DNA from: Vicugna vicugna
Lineage: Eukaryota
DNA: 64,000 nucleotides
NCBI GenBank assembly: GCA_013265495.1
Contig: MU058444.1
Coordinates: 930,001-994,000 of the forward strand
Reading direction: 5' to 3'
Positions 38,567 to 51,409 of this stretch are shown here, piece by piece (position 1 is the stretch's first letter; the number at the start of each line of letters is the position of its first letter). The notes under the pieces were generated by a model, which saw only the letters and a list, made by a program, of their open reading frames with translations, did not search any database and was not told the DNA's origin. A program made the position numbers and the translations under genes.

Positions 38567-39827
38567 GAAATCAGTTTTGAGATGTCTAGTAGACATCCAA
38601 GTAGAGACGTAATTTCATGCAAGAAATGTACAATGGAGACATAAACTTGGAAGCCATCATCACGTAGGTGGTAGTTAAGGACATTCAACGGTGTGAGATC
38701 ACCGAGAAAATGAGGGCAGACAAAGAGTAGAAGAGATCCAAACACAAGCCCTAGGAAATCCCCACTTTTAAAGGTGAAGGATAAGATAAAGGGAACAAAG
38801 AGTCTCAGCAAAAGAGACTGAACAAAAGAGTGGCCAGTCAAGAAATTAAGTGTGGTGGCCTGGACACCAAGTCAAGAACTTGTTCCCTACACAGAGGAGT
38901 AATTAATTATTTCAAATACTCCTGATGAGTCCAGTCGATTGAGGATTGAGAACTGACCACTGTGGTCAACCACGTGGAGGTCACTGGTGACGTCACTGAG
39001 ATGCAACTGGGGAGGAGGTAAACGTTTGATTGTAGCAGGTGTAAGTGAGGGAGGAACTGATACACATTCATCTTTTTGTGTGTGTGTGTGTGAATATCTG
39101 CAAAGAAGAAGGCATGTTGGGTCTGCTAATTATATTTGTTTTGAATAAATAAAAGATTAAACCCAGTTTCCAAGTCTGCAAAGCTAAAGCCCAAACTTTA
39201 ATGGGTGTGATTTCTCAAGGTACCTTGCGAAGTTCTCAGCTATCTTTCTCAGAAATCTCTCTAAATGCTAATCATGATATGTTTACTTCCTATCTGATAC
39301 GCTTTTATAGATACATGTGTAGTACACAGACTCCATCAATGAGATAATCTAAGAATATGCCTCTAAAATTTTACATCTCATGAAGCGCTAATAACCTTTT
39401 TCAGAGAGTTATTTTCATTTTTCATTTGAAAGCATAATGGATTTCTTCAGAACATAAAGCATTACCTTAGATAATTTTAACTGAAGACTTGTTCGTATAA
39501 ATTAAATTACTAGTAAAACCAATTAATATACTCTTTTCTACCAGAGCACAAAGGCATTATTTTATATAGAGGTATAGCTTTTCAAAAGAAGGCAAACATT
39601 ATCTACTGGAATATGGAATTTTTCCATAACCCAGTTGACTTAACTGTACGTTAGCATCTAACTATCAATCTAAACAGTATAGTTTTGGCTGATGAAAAGT
39701 AGCTTTTTGTTTTAGTTTGTTTTTTAACTTTTTTCTTAGAAATTGTAATTAAGAGATGGATGCAAACTGATAACTTTGATATTTAAGGGAGAAATGAGTC
39801 TATGTTACTATTTCATTATTATTAGAC

Positions 39828-40630
39828 GTTATTCATTTATCTTCAAGTTTACCCTTTCATTTGACATGTTTTTATAGGTGATTTTTTTTAGGTCTACCCT
39901 GTAGATAAATAGGTAAACCAAACACACATGGTTACCTGCCTCATGGAGCTTATAATCCAATCGAAGAAACAATAACAAGTAGACAAATAAACAATTAAAA
40001 CTTGTGGTAAGCGCTGTCATGATCATTGAGCATTATGTGATTTCCAAGTTCAAATAATAAAAATGCAATTGCTACTATGAAAAAATTTCATGAAATGAAA
40101 ACTGTAAAGAAACTATTGTGGCTTACAAAATATGAAAGAGAATATAGCATGATCAAGACAAACCAGAGATGGCAATGAATTTGAGATTTCGATGGAAGGA
40201 GGAAGCCATCCAAGCAAAGCAGGGGAGAGAGACGGTGCCTAGCAAAAATCCTGAGTTAGGACAAAAAAATGGTTAGAAAGTGATAAAAGGATGAGGTGAC
40301 TGGAGCTTAGAAAGAGCACAGGTGGTTTGAAATAAAATGATAGAGAGAGAGAGAAAGATCTTACTTGTCCTGCGGGATTTCTTGCTAGGTATAGAAACAC
40401 GCCATCTAAGGATTGTAAGCAAAGGAGAACAGTATTTCAGAAAAGGTGGTCTGCTTTCTGTGCAGAGAATGAACAGAAGTGTAGTCAAAGAGATGGGTTG
40501 GAAGGCTCCAGAAATATTCTAAAGGAAAAAAAAAATGATTGCCTGGAGGAAATGATGGTAGAGGTAAGTAATGGATTGAGCCATTTTTGGAGATAGAATT
40601 CAAAGGACTTAGTGGTCAATTAAATATGAG
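39828..40630 (-). mobile_element. L2 remnant
   Basis: ttattcattt...ctgcctcatggagcttataatc antisense L2 3' pattern, with a purine-rich continuation. Confidence 0.65.
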
Positions 40631-42349
40631 AAATAACACTACGTTAGGAGTTGCAAAATCTTCCAGTGAAGTTTCTCATAATTTGATTGTCTTTCCAGTG
40701 CCTTGTTCTTTTGGCATCTTTCCAAATAAACGAAAGTACTGTTTATGGATGCCGGTGCCTTGATTCTCAGTCATTATTTGCTTACATTCAAAACCCCTTG
40801 AAACATAAAGAACAGAATTCAATAGACAACTGACAAATAAGGAGGCATCCAATTAGTCAAAAAGGAAATGAATGCTGAATAGAAACTCTATTGAAAAAAG
40901 AAGCAAACCTTCAGAATGCTATTTATTTTTTTCACCCTCAGGAGTGAAATATACTGACAGCTTTAGAACGTATTTGCACGATGCATTCAGCATAATGTCC
41001 CAAAGTCATATTCTCTCTATAAACAAGAGTCAGTGTTAAAATTTTCTTCTTGGATTGCAGATGTGTTCCTAATTAAATATTAAGAGGAAGTTAGGTCCGT
41101 GCTGTTGTCTTATGATGAGAAATAATATTCCTTACCCACTTAATTTGAATTTCCCTTGAGTTAGCCGAGCACCTAAGTGAAACACTAGAGAAAAGGGTCA
41201 GCTTAGTCAATAAAACTGCATTTTGGCTTCTTACTTCGGCATTTTATTTCTACCAAAGTCTGAAAATAATGAATTATTAATTCTCTCCTTTCTCTCCATC
41301 TTTCAAAGAAACTAAAATGACACACCCTCACCTAAGAAAGGCATGTGGAATAGGCAGAGCAAATATGACTGTGGCTGTTCTTTTTAGCTGAGTCTTCAAA
41401 TTTAACTTTTACCCATTTCCAGGGACATCATCTCCCTGGAAACCTGAGAACCACAGGAATGCTCTTTATTTAAACTTTGTAGGATTCTTTTTGTATGTCT
41501 AAAACCACGGTGAATCTAGTCTATGTCTTTCTTTTTAAAAGTGGATATGTCATTGAAATTAGTTTTGAATTCATTCTTAATTCATTTTCTATGATCCTTG
41601 CACCATTATACAGAGCTGCCGAAGATGCAGGGGATTATAGATGGCAGAGAAATATGTGTTTACTTTAGAAAGCCTGGTGTATATTTCAACTACCAGGAAT
41701 AGTTTTTGGAGAGAAGTCAAGAAAGGGGGAAAAAATTGATACTGATTGTAGAAATAATTATTCAAATTTTTGTAAAGACAAACATGATCAAGCTATAATG
41801 CATTCTTATCCTCCCTAATTTTTAACTTGGCTAGAAAATTTTTAAAAATGCTTTTAAAAGAACAGCCAGAAAACAGGGAATTTGAAAGAACTGATTAGAT
41901 AGCTTTTCTTTTGGTAAGTTTTTGGAAGGCACCCGTAGCCTTTTGCTGAGGGCTGGTCGGGGGGTGGGGGGTAGAGTAGGTAATTATATTCAACTTTTAT
42001 AAAGCTCTAACCACAACTTCATACCTCATCATTGCTCTCCAAGGTCATAGAAAGGCAAAATATTTAGAGCTGTGCTGACTGTGATTTCCAATATGGTGTA
42101 GATATTGAGTTGACGATGAGTTTGGAAGGTCAGTCTCACAAGAGGATACCCAGTGGCAGGTCAAGGTGGAATAATGAAAGATGTTCTGTTTTAGCCTTTG
42201 TGCAGGCAAACCATGTACATAATCCCAAGCTCCACAGGGCTCCCTGAGCACTTGGGTAACACGTTAGATTGGAGCAAATCCGTATCAATTTCAACCTAAC
42301 TGCTTCTTACAATAGCTCTGGTTCCCCGATGTCAGAAGTCAATTTTTTT

Positions 42350-42660
42350 TTATCTTGCAGGTCGCGCAGTTAACAGCAGCAGCTCTGTGGCACCTGTTAG
42401 AAACACTAACTCATAGGTCCCAACCCAGTTTCTGAGTCAGAAACTCTGGGGCTCAGGGCTCAGTAATTGGTGTTTGAACAAACCCTCCAAGAGATTCTGA
42501 TGCAAGTTAAAGAAATAACTACATAGAAATAGCTTTCAACCTTGACAACCTCCAACAGTGATTCATAGATTTCCGCCCTCGGAGATTTTGATTTAATTGT
42601 TCTTGGGTGCAATCTGGACATGGAAAGTTTTTAAATCTCCTGAAAGTGCTCAACAGGGGT
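42350..42660. mobile_element. MER5A/MER5B-like hAT remnants
   Basis: tctgagtcagaaactctggggctcagggctcagtaattggtgtttgaacaaaccctccaagagattctgatgca; second piece gagattttgatttaattg. Confidence 0.65.
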
Positions 42661-43644
42661 AGTCAGGAAGATTGAGGTTCTCCAGAGAGCACGACAACTC
42701 CACAAGCCCTGGCCCCTAGATCACGTAATCACTCTAATCATTGAAAGAGTAATCGAGTATTTTTACCCACACCACCCTACATAAGCCCACTTTTCATACC
42801 CGCTTTGGAAACCATATTGGTGCAAAACCTACACAGCCGATAACTCTTTGAGATGCTGTGTGATGTCTTGCAAACTGGAACATCACAGGCGGCAGCCATT
42901 GTCACAGGTCTTCAGAGTTCTTTCTGAATCAGTGCTTTCCCTCCCCCCTGGTGCCTTTTTCCATTCAAGACCTAATGTGACTCAGCACTGAGTCTATTCT
43001 TGGTGTCTGACTTCAAGGGCATTAATAAGTTTTTTTTTCCCACGTGGTGGCTTTGTGGCTTTCTGGACTAGAGGGAGTCGCCTTTCAGTTTGTCATCTAT
43101 TTTTTATCTAGGAAATCTGGCACTAGAGAAAATGATTCATCCTTCTACATTTTTACTTACAATATTAAATTACACCCCAGTGTGTGGTACTGCGACATTA
43201 TTTTCCTCTTAGAGGTGACTGTCAGCTTTCACATTCTTTGTCTTTGTTAATTCTCTCCAAAGACAGAGGATTTATATTTTATTATACAGTACAGCATATA
43301 CAAATTAGAGAGTATGACCAAAAACAAAAAGATGTGAAAACTATATGTTATATGTATATTCAATTGTCCGTGGTTCTATTTGCAAGGCTTGTTTCAGGTT
43401 TAGCTTTCAGATAAACCAGGTTTAGCGGTCATTTCTAGAAGCACGTGTAAAATGTCATTTGAGAGAATGATGAAACAGCAGAGATATTTGGAGATGTGAT
43501 GGGTAAACACGTACAACACAATGCCTCTTCTTTCTCCTCTGAAGTTTCCAGTGGAGGTTTTGAAAGTGTTATAGAAGACCTTTGGTCAGCTGGATGACCG
43601 TTTCCCTTAAAAAGTCAGTTCCCTGAAAAAAAAAAAAGAGTAAT

Positions 43645-43888
43645 ATAATTTAGTGGCTAAGAATGTGGATTGTGGAGCCAAATTATATGAGTGGGACTTT
43701 GAAGTCCAGGTTGGTCATTGAATAGCTATGTGACTTTAGATAAAATTGTTTTACTGCCTTTTATTTTTCACCTCTAAATTAGTGATGAAAGTTATATTCT
43801 TTCTTATGATAGTCAAATGAATCGAGCCAATTAACATATGTAAAGCACTTAGAACAAGTCTTTTCACATAATAAGACCTCAATAAATC
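43645..43888 (+). mobile_element. MIR
   Basis: tagtggctaagaatgtggattgtggagcca...tagctatgtgactttagataa...atgtaaagcacttagaaca...ctcaataaat. Confidence 0.8.
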
Positions 43889-44897
43889 TTACAATGTGTG
43901 CAAAGATCTTGCTGCTCTCACGTTCCGTTTCATTAGCTGTAATCACTAATACTATGAGGCTAAACAGATTAGTGATTAGATTGCAATCATTTTTATATCT
44001 TTGAAAATTTTAAGACTAAGTACAATAAAAACATCTTGATTTCAACGGATACATGCAGGCTTGGCTTCCTTGTTCTTGCGGAGGGCTACACACTCTGACT
44101 TCCTCTGCTCCTTCACTGACTCCCAGACGGTTGCTGTCCTCCGGGGAAGCAGCAGGGAAGGAGAGAGCTGATACAAGTGGACAGCTCTGCCTCTGATTTT
44201 AAGCCCTTACGGACAGAGTAATTACTATAATAGAAATTTACATACCAGTGCTAATAACGGAGAATCATCAGTTCAACAAGAGCAGACATTCAAGGCTGAA
44301 ATTATATCCAAGATGTCAGCCTAATTACGCAGAGTGCTAACAAATGAGAACACATTTTGTGTGTGGCTTATAGCTCATAAAATGTTCTAATAATAATACG
44401 TTTTATTTTTAGATTATATTTATATGACATAAATTATTTTCATATATTATTTCATTTAATCCCCCCAAAAGCAATGTGAGGATGGAGGTATATGTAACAG
44501 AGCCACAGAATAGGGCAGTGCCGTTGGCAACTCACATCAGTCAAACAAAAATATTGAACAAAAATTCAAAGTTCAAAAGTTTTGTTCAAAAAGTGAACCA
44601 AAATATTACATCATAGAGAAAGAGATATAAAGAATTTAGTATCTGATTTTTGAATTGTTCACTAACATTATAAAATAATCAATTTTCAATTAGTCATTAG
44701 GACATTGTTTCACTGTTGGAATAGGGAAGTACTACAATTTACATTATTTTCCAGTTGGAAACATGTTCCAAGATAAAACAAATCTCCTAGGTGAATCTTA
44801 GCTTTATTTTCCATAGACTTAGATTAGGGAAAAGGGACCAGCTGACCAGGACCGTCATTAGCTGGGACAGGCAAGAAGATGTGGAGATTCACTCCTC

Positions 44898-45264
44898 CCT
44901 TATTAAGAAAAAGCTGCAAGAGGTACACCCTACTTGGCCCTGTACCCTGGGGAGGAACTTTAGTAGCTACACGACACACGAAACCAACCACCGGGCCAAG
45001 TGGCTATTCTTCTGTCCAGATCTGGTTAAAGGCAAGGACTGGGCTACACACCCAGTGGTCCATCCAACAGCCAGAACCACAGCCTCCACTCCGAATACCA
45101 GGGACTGACGCCTTCAGCTTTGCCCAAGGGAGCCCCGCCATCTTTGATTCTTCATTGTGTCGTTTCGTACCAGGCATTCGATGTATTCGTTTGCTGTGGG
45201 TATAAAACAACGTGCAAAACAGCTCACTTTGTACTTATTTTCTATTCCATACTTTTCTGTCCCA
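44898..45264 (+). pseudogene. DYNLL1: DYNLL1 (dynein light chain LC8-type 1) processed pseudogene, 5'-truncated and frameshifted
   Basis: Translates IKK...PTWPCTLGRNFSSYTTHETNH (compare LC8 [21 protein letters not shown]), then GQVAILLSRSG*TAA (45027-45029) in a shifted frame. It continues into DYNLL1-like 3' UTR (cacacccagtggtccatcc...tataaaacaa...ttattttctattccatactt). Confidence 0.9.
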
Positions 45265-46573
45265 GAAATGTGAGGGGTGGGGCCCAGCACTTACTTAAAA
45301 GGCCAATAATTTCACAGAAGTTTGGTGCATCCTTCGAGGTGATACCTTCTTGTATCTATTTCTTTCCTTCTTTCTTCCATGTCACTCATATTTATTGAGG
45401 ACTACTGTACATCAGGTAGAGATTAAATATTCAGATTCTTCCCCTCAAAGAAATGGAAAGTTATTTTACATCATTACCCAACCCCTCCCAGCCCTAACAA
45501 AGTCTGATCCATTTCGGCCCATTTTGGTCCAAATTTGGGAAGTCTCCCTTTCTCCATAAGATCTTTTGGGGAATATTTTCTCTGGAGTCACTGCAAGTAC
45601 ACAGCTATCTTCCTCGTCAGCCTTCTTCCTGAGCCCATTAATCACCAGCTGGAAGCTTTCCTAGTTGCTGTGTTTTTAAGACACAGTTTCACTTTATATC
45701 TCTCTGAAATGAGTCCCTCCCACTGTTTATCTCTTTGCAGAGAATAGCAAATAGCTCCTTCCTTCACCCTTATTATTCACAGTTTTCTGAACCCAACGGA
45801 AGAACGTGGGACTATGCATCTGAGTTCTTCACTGATGATTTTCATGTGTGCAGATAAAGCTTCTTTTTGTGCATGAAGCAACCACTGCTTGCAGAGAGCT
45901 AATCACTCTGAACTTCCTAGCTGCTCTGAACATTTTTTTATCATAAATATTTAACATTTCTAGGAGATAAGATAAGTAGCACCATGTTTTTCATATTTCT
46001 TAAGCTGTGTCTGCTTTGTCCCATTGTGAACATTAAAAATGACTTCAGGGAATCCATTTGTTTTCTAGCACATTTTTATTTGGTGATTTCCTCACATAAC
46101 ATTTGTCTTCAAGTCCTTCCAAATTCTCTTTCAGTGCCTGGCTCAGAAGGAGTTGTCTTCCATTGGTCATGTAGAAGAGTTGAGTATTTGAGATAAAATT
46201 TATTTGTAATTTAAGGAAGTTTTCTTAAAACATATTTCTCTCTGAGACTTTTCTATTTTAGAGTCCCAAAGCAGTGCTTCTGCTCAATCCACCATATGGA
46301 TATAGGACATTGTGTCAAGTTGCCCAAATGGATTTTGCCAACACTCTTGCCTGCTATGCTTAGCACCAAATGACTGGACAAAGTAACAGATAATGAGGTC
46401 CTAGAGCTGTCAGTCTGTTCACTGGCACCTAAGGTGGGCTCACTGGACCTTGGATTCACGGTGTTGCTCTTGTGAAGAAGAGGGATGACAACACACCATG
46501 GCTGTAGGAATAACCAGGGTGAAATAATCCAGAAGAGTGGATGGAAATGGTGCTGTATACAAACACTGAGGCT

Positions 46574-47124
46574 GCCAAGACATGGAAACAGCCTAAATGT
46601 CCATCAACGGATTACTGGATAAAGAAGACGTGGTGTATTTATACAATGGAATACTATGCAGTCATAAAAACTGACATAACGCCATTTGCAGCAACATGGA
46701 TGCTCCTGGAGAATGTCATTCTAAGTGAAGTAAGCCAGAAAGAGAAAGGAAAATACCATATTAGATTGCTTATATGTGGAATCTAAAAAAAAAACAAAAA
46801 CAAAAAAAAACCAAAACAAAGCATAAATACAAAAGAGAAACAGACTCATAGACATAGAATACAAACTTGTGGTTGCCAAGGGGGCGGAGGGTGGGAAGGA
46901 ATAGATGGGATTTCAAAATTGTAGAATAGATAAACAAGATTATACTGTATAGCACAGGGAAATATATACAAGATCTTATGGTAGATCACAGAGAAAAAAA
47001 GGTGACAATGAATATATAAATGTTCGTGTATAACTGAAAAATTGTGCTCTACACTGGAATTTGACACAACATTGTAAAATGATTATAAATCAATAAAAAA
47101 AAGTTAAGAAAAAACAAAAAAACA
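46574..47124 (+). mobile_element. Young 5'-truncated L1 with 13-bp TSD
   Basis: ORF2 C-terminus AKTWKQPKCPSTDYWIKKTWCIYTMEYY, then 3' UTR and A tail. TSD aaacac(t/c)gaggct at 46561-46573 and 47125-47137. Confidence 0.95.
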
Positions 47125-47376
47125 AAACACCGAGGCTCCATCTCATGAACTGTTGTTGAGTGACAGTCATGGAAACTGTGTGGTCATAAGAGAAGCAGAG
47201 ATGAGAGATTAAATTTGAGTGGGGTGAAACTTTTATATTGCAGAGAGCTATAGCTTTGCAAAGAAACAACACAAGTTGCATCAAAAATTAAATAGAGAGC
47301 CCTGAGACAAATGATGTGGAAAGGGCCTGTAAGACTTCAGTTTGAAAAATATCAACTCCCTTCAGTACCTCTAAGG

Positions 47377-47377
<1 letters not shown>

Positions 47378-47412
<35 letters not shown>
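47378..47412. repeat. (TG)n microsatellite
   Basis: Direct read. Confidence 0.95.
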
Positions 47413-47415
<3 letters not shown>

Positions 47416-48090
47416 TGCAGGAGATCTAGCTGACTCTGTTCCTGAAGGTAGTCTGGGCAGGGAATACACGCAAGGTCAAAGCCATTCATCAAAGGCAAAT
47501 GCATAGTCATTTAATTTGACAAGCACATAAAATTACTCACTGGCTTTTTAGGTACATTTGTGCTTGTGATGCTCGATTCAAACCACATTTGAGGAGGTTG
47601 CCGTTGTGGCTTTTGGCTAAAGGCTGCAGGTCAGCCCGTGAACAGTCTCCGTGGTCAGACAAGGTAGGGAGTTGGGCAGAAAGCAACACCTAATGTTCTA
47701 GACTTGGCGGCAGGCAAGGAGGACAGGTGGCAGAAACCTCTCATGCTGAAAAGCAGTCTGAAGGGTGACATTGAACGTGGTCACAGAGGCAGGTTTAACA
47801 GTCCAATTCCCCAATTCAGCTATGAGACTGAGAACCCAGTGTTTCATAGAACAAGGATCAAAATTCTCAGTTAAAGGTGGTTTGTATGTAGGAAAAAAAA
47901 AAAAGGCATTGCTATAAATATCAGGTGGTTTATTTCATTGCATACCACGCCAGAGGGAAGGTAATGGAGAAAGTGTCATCTTCTCTACAAGTGAAAATGA
48001 ATCTGGGGTCCACACCTCCACTAGTATCCCAGTGGTATGGATGTGACACCACAAGTGTGGGGTCTTTAGCATTTTGCAAGTGTAATTGCC

Positions 48091-48457
48091 TTTATTTTTT
48101 TTTAATTTTTTTTAATTAAAGTATAGTCAGTTACAATGAGTCAATTTCTGGTGTACAGCATCATGCCCCGGTCATGCATGTACATACATATATTCGTTTT
48201 CATATTCTTTTTCATTAAAGGGTATTACAAGATATTGAATATAGTTCCCTGTGCTATACAGACAAAAAGATTGGGTTTTTAATCTATTTTTATATACAGT
48301 GGCTAACATTTGCAAATCTCAAACTCCCAAATTTATCCCTTTCCACCTCTTTCCCTCCGGTAACCATAGGTTTGTTTACTATGTCTGTGAATCTGCTTCT
48401 GTTTTGTAGATGAGTTCATTAGTGTCTTCTTTTTCCTTTCTTTCTTTTTTTTTTTTT
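48091..48457 (-). mobile_element. Young L1 3' end
   Basis: ttaattaaagtatagtcagttacaatgagtcaatttctggtgtacagc...gtaaccataggtttgtttactatgtctgtg. Confidence 0.92.
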
Positions 48458-50172
48458 GCCATTAAAATTCAGACAAACAGTAGTACTGATAACAGAAATT
48501 TATAGTATCCCGAGAAAAATGTCTGTATTTTAGGACACTGTTAGGGACCTTCTCCTGGGCTTCATGAAGGTGATTCACTTCTTCAGGGACTTTGAAAAGA
48601 TAACTAAGGAAACCAAAAAGAGAGAAACAAAAGAATCAACCACTGAGATCTGAAGGAGGAAGGAGGGACGGGGCAGTACAGAAACGTCACAGGGACACAC
48701 TCTAAGGACCCAGCCATGCAGTCTTTGATGCGGGGAAGAAGAACTGAAGTCTGGGATGAAGGAAGGTGAGAAGGGGAAATCTAAGGCCAGTGCGGCAGGG
48801 ATCCATCCTCAGCTCCGGGCAGGTGGTCCTTGGCACCCAGAGAGGCAGAAACAGGTCTGGATCAGTATCTGGCCACTGACTGAAGCCACATCTGTTTCCC
48901 TTCAGTGTGGCCCCCTTTTGCGTCTGGAGTTTATTTTATTTCCCCCATCACCTGAGGCTAGTTAGGGTTTTACCCACCAGTCCCCTCTTGTTGTTACTTT
49001 TCCCCCTCTCCCCTTTATCTGCCAGACCTTGAGTAGAACCATCTTGAAACCACTTTTAGTTCTTGGTGTTCAAGCGACTTCCAATTCTGCAAGTGTTCTT
49101 TCATTTCTGCTCCAAGACGTTGGTTTGAAAACGCAAAAAGGCCACCCAATGCCCTCTCTCGCCTGGACCCCCGGAAGCTCTTGGCTTTTCTCAGACGCGC
49201 CTCCCTTCTCCCCTACGCACAGATGCACCCACCACAGTCTCTCCTCAGCCCAAGTGCAGCACCCAGAGACTGGGGACTTCCTTTTTCGGGAACCCCCTTC
49301 TGTTCCTGTTGGTGTCCTTTCTCCGGTTCCTCCCCTCCCTCTATCTGTGCTGCCCCCTGGTGGTGATGAACTGCCTTCTTCCTTCCATTCACTTACTTGG
49401 GATCTGGTTTCTTAGAAACGACAGTGAGAATCAACAGCAGACAATAGAGACTGTCCAATCGTTACGGACAAACGGCAAACTGCCTGCTTTCACAGACTCC
49501 ATCTTAAACAATAAACAAAAGACATAAAAGTGTATTTCGTGTTAGATGGAGATCGCTGCTAACAAGGGGAACACCTCAGGTAGGAAAGGGAATATGAGAT
49601 GTCTAGGAGGTTACATTCTATGGGGTAGGAAGGGTGGCCTCCAACTTTTGGAAGCGAGGAGCCAGCCTGTGGCGGTCAGGAGTCAGCATTCTAGACAGAG
49701 GACCGCAGGGGCCAAGCTGGGGGCAAGCATGGGGTGTTCAAGGAACAGCCAGGAAGCCAGTGTCCTTGGAGAGGCAGCAGCGAGGGTCCAGAGCAGTCAG
49801 AGAGGCTGCTAGAGAGGCCAGGGCCCTCTCGGTCACCTCACCACTTTGGCTTTGACTCTGAAGGAAGTGGGCAGGTGCTGGGCAAGGGAAGCACATGCCT
49901 GTTTTATGCTGTAACAGACCTAGTCGGCTTGCTTCTTAGAGGATGTACTTTGGCCTGGGGATGTGGACAGACTTCCTTAACATTCTGAGACTTCAAAGCC
50001 AGGTGCCTCACCAAGACGCTATCCAGGTATACCAGTAGGTCGGTGACAAAGGTGGTTTAACCCAGAGCCAGCGAGTAAGACCTGTGGGGTTTGTAGAATA
50101 ATTGTGCTCCTTAAAGTATTGGAAGAAGATCTGAACATGTAAGCTAAACTTAGGAATTTAAAGAGAATGGAT

Positions 50173-50637
50173 GGACCTGGAGATCATCATTCCAAGTGAA
50201 GTCAGCCAGAAAGAGAAACAAAAATACCATAGGAAAGCACTTACATGGAGTCTAAAAAATGAGACAAATGAACTTATTTACAAAACAGACAGACCCACAG
50301 ACATCTTAAACAAACTTACGGTTAGTAGGGGAGAAAGGGGTGGTAGGGAGATAACTAGGGAGTTCAGGATTTGCTGATACTGCTATATATAAAATAAACA
50401 ACAAGATTTACTGTATAACGCAGGGAACTATAGTCAATACCTTGTAATGGTCTATAATGAAAAAGAATATGAAAAGGAATGTATACATACATATATATGT
50501 ATATATATAAATGAATCACTATGCTGTACACCAGAAATTAACACAACATTGTAAATTGATTATACTTCAATTTTTAAAAAGGCAAGCAACAGAAACAGAG
50601 AAAATTAAAAAGAATTTAAGTTAAAAAACAAAAAAGC
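50173..50637 (+). mobile_element. Young 5'-truncated L1 with TSD
   Basis: ggacctggagatcatcattccaagtgaagtcagccaga...cacaacattgtaaattgattatacttcaa. TSD agaatggat at 50164-50172 and 50638-50646. Confidence 0.9.
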
Positions 50638-50677
50638 AGAATGGATTGTCAAGTCTTAGAATTAATGCGCCACAGTG

Positions 50678-51125
50678 ACATTTCTCAAAGTTTTTGGTCT
50701 CTGGACTGCTTCATATTCTTAAAAATTATTGAGAACCCCAGAGAGCCTTTGTTTACGTGGGTTAAATCTCTTGATATGTGCCATAAAGGAAAGTAAGATA
50801 GTTTAAAAAATATTTATGTATTTATGTATTTAAAACAACAAGAAACCCATTGTATGTTCATACAAATAACCTATTTTTATGAATGATAACTATGTTTTCT
50901 AAATAAAAACTTGAGAAAGAAAAAAGGACTTGTTTTGGCCATTTTGCAAATCTCTGTAATGCCTGGCTTAGAAATTGGTTCATTTCTCATATCCATTTCA
51001 GTATTTCATCTGTTGAAATATTATACATGATGCAGCTTCTGGAAAATTACACTGTATACTCATGACCATAAGAGAGAGAAAAACCTAATATCTTTTTCTT
51101 ACTGTTACTTTTGATTTCGCAGACT
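50678..51125. mobile_element. Charlie4a-like hAT element
   Basis: ttctcaaagtttttggtctctggac...cttaaaaattattgagaaccccagagagcctttgtttacgtgggtta resembles the recalled Charlie4a start. Confidence 0.7.
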
Positions 51126-51409
51126 TAGTGCAACATATTTAAAATTGAACAATAGAGTATTTCTAATGTTAAATCCTCAGTCCAAGAAAATATTCCAAAA
51201 ATAAAAGAAAATCTGAATCTCTAAATGCATATATAGCCCAGTGTGTGATCTGAGAAAATTTACCAGGAACAGTTAACTCTCAGACATCTAAGACATTTTG
51301 CTTAAAAAGTGAATCTTAAAGATAAAAGAAAAAATGTCATTAGAGAAAGCAAATCAGCTTCACATTGGTCTTAAAAATAGCAACAAAAACAAAGCAAAAC
51401 TGAAATTTT

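Larger units (their letters stand above)
36817..39090 (-). mobile_element. L2a remnant split by two LTR insertions
   Basis: (CATT)n L2 tail at 36817-36850, then L2 body segments at ~36850-37220, ~37630-38185 and ~38570-39090. Confidence 0.8.
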
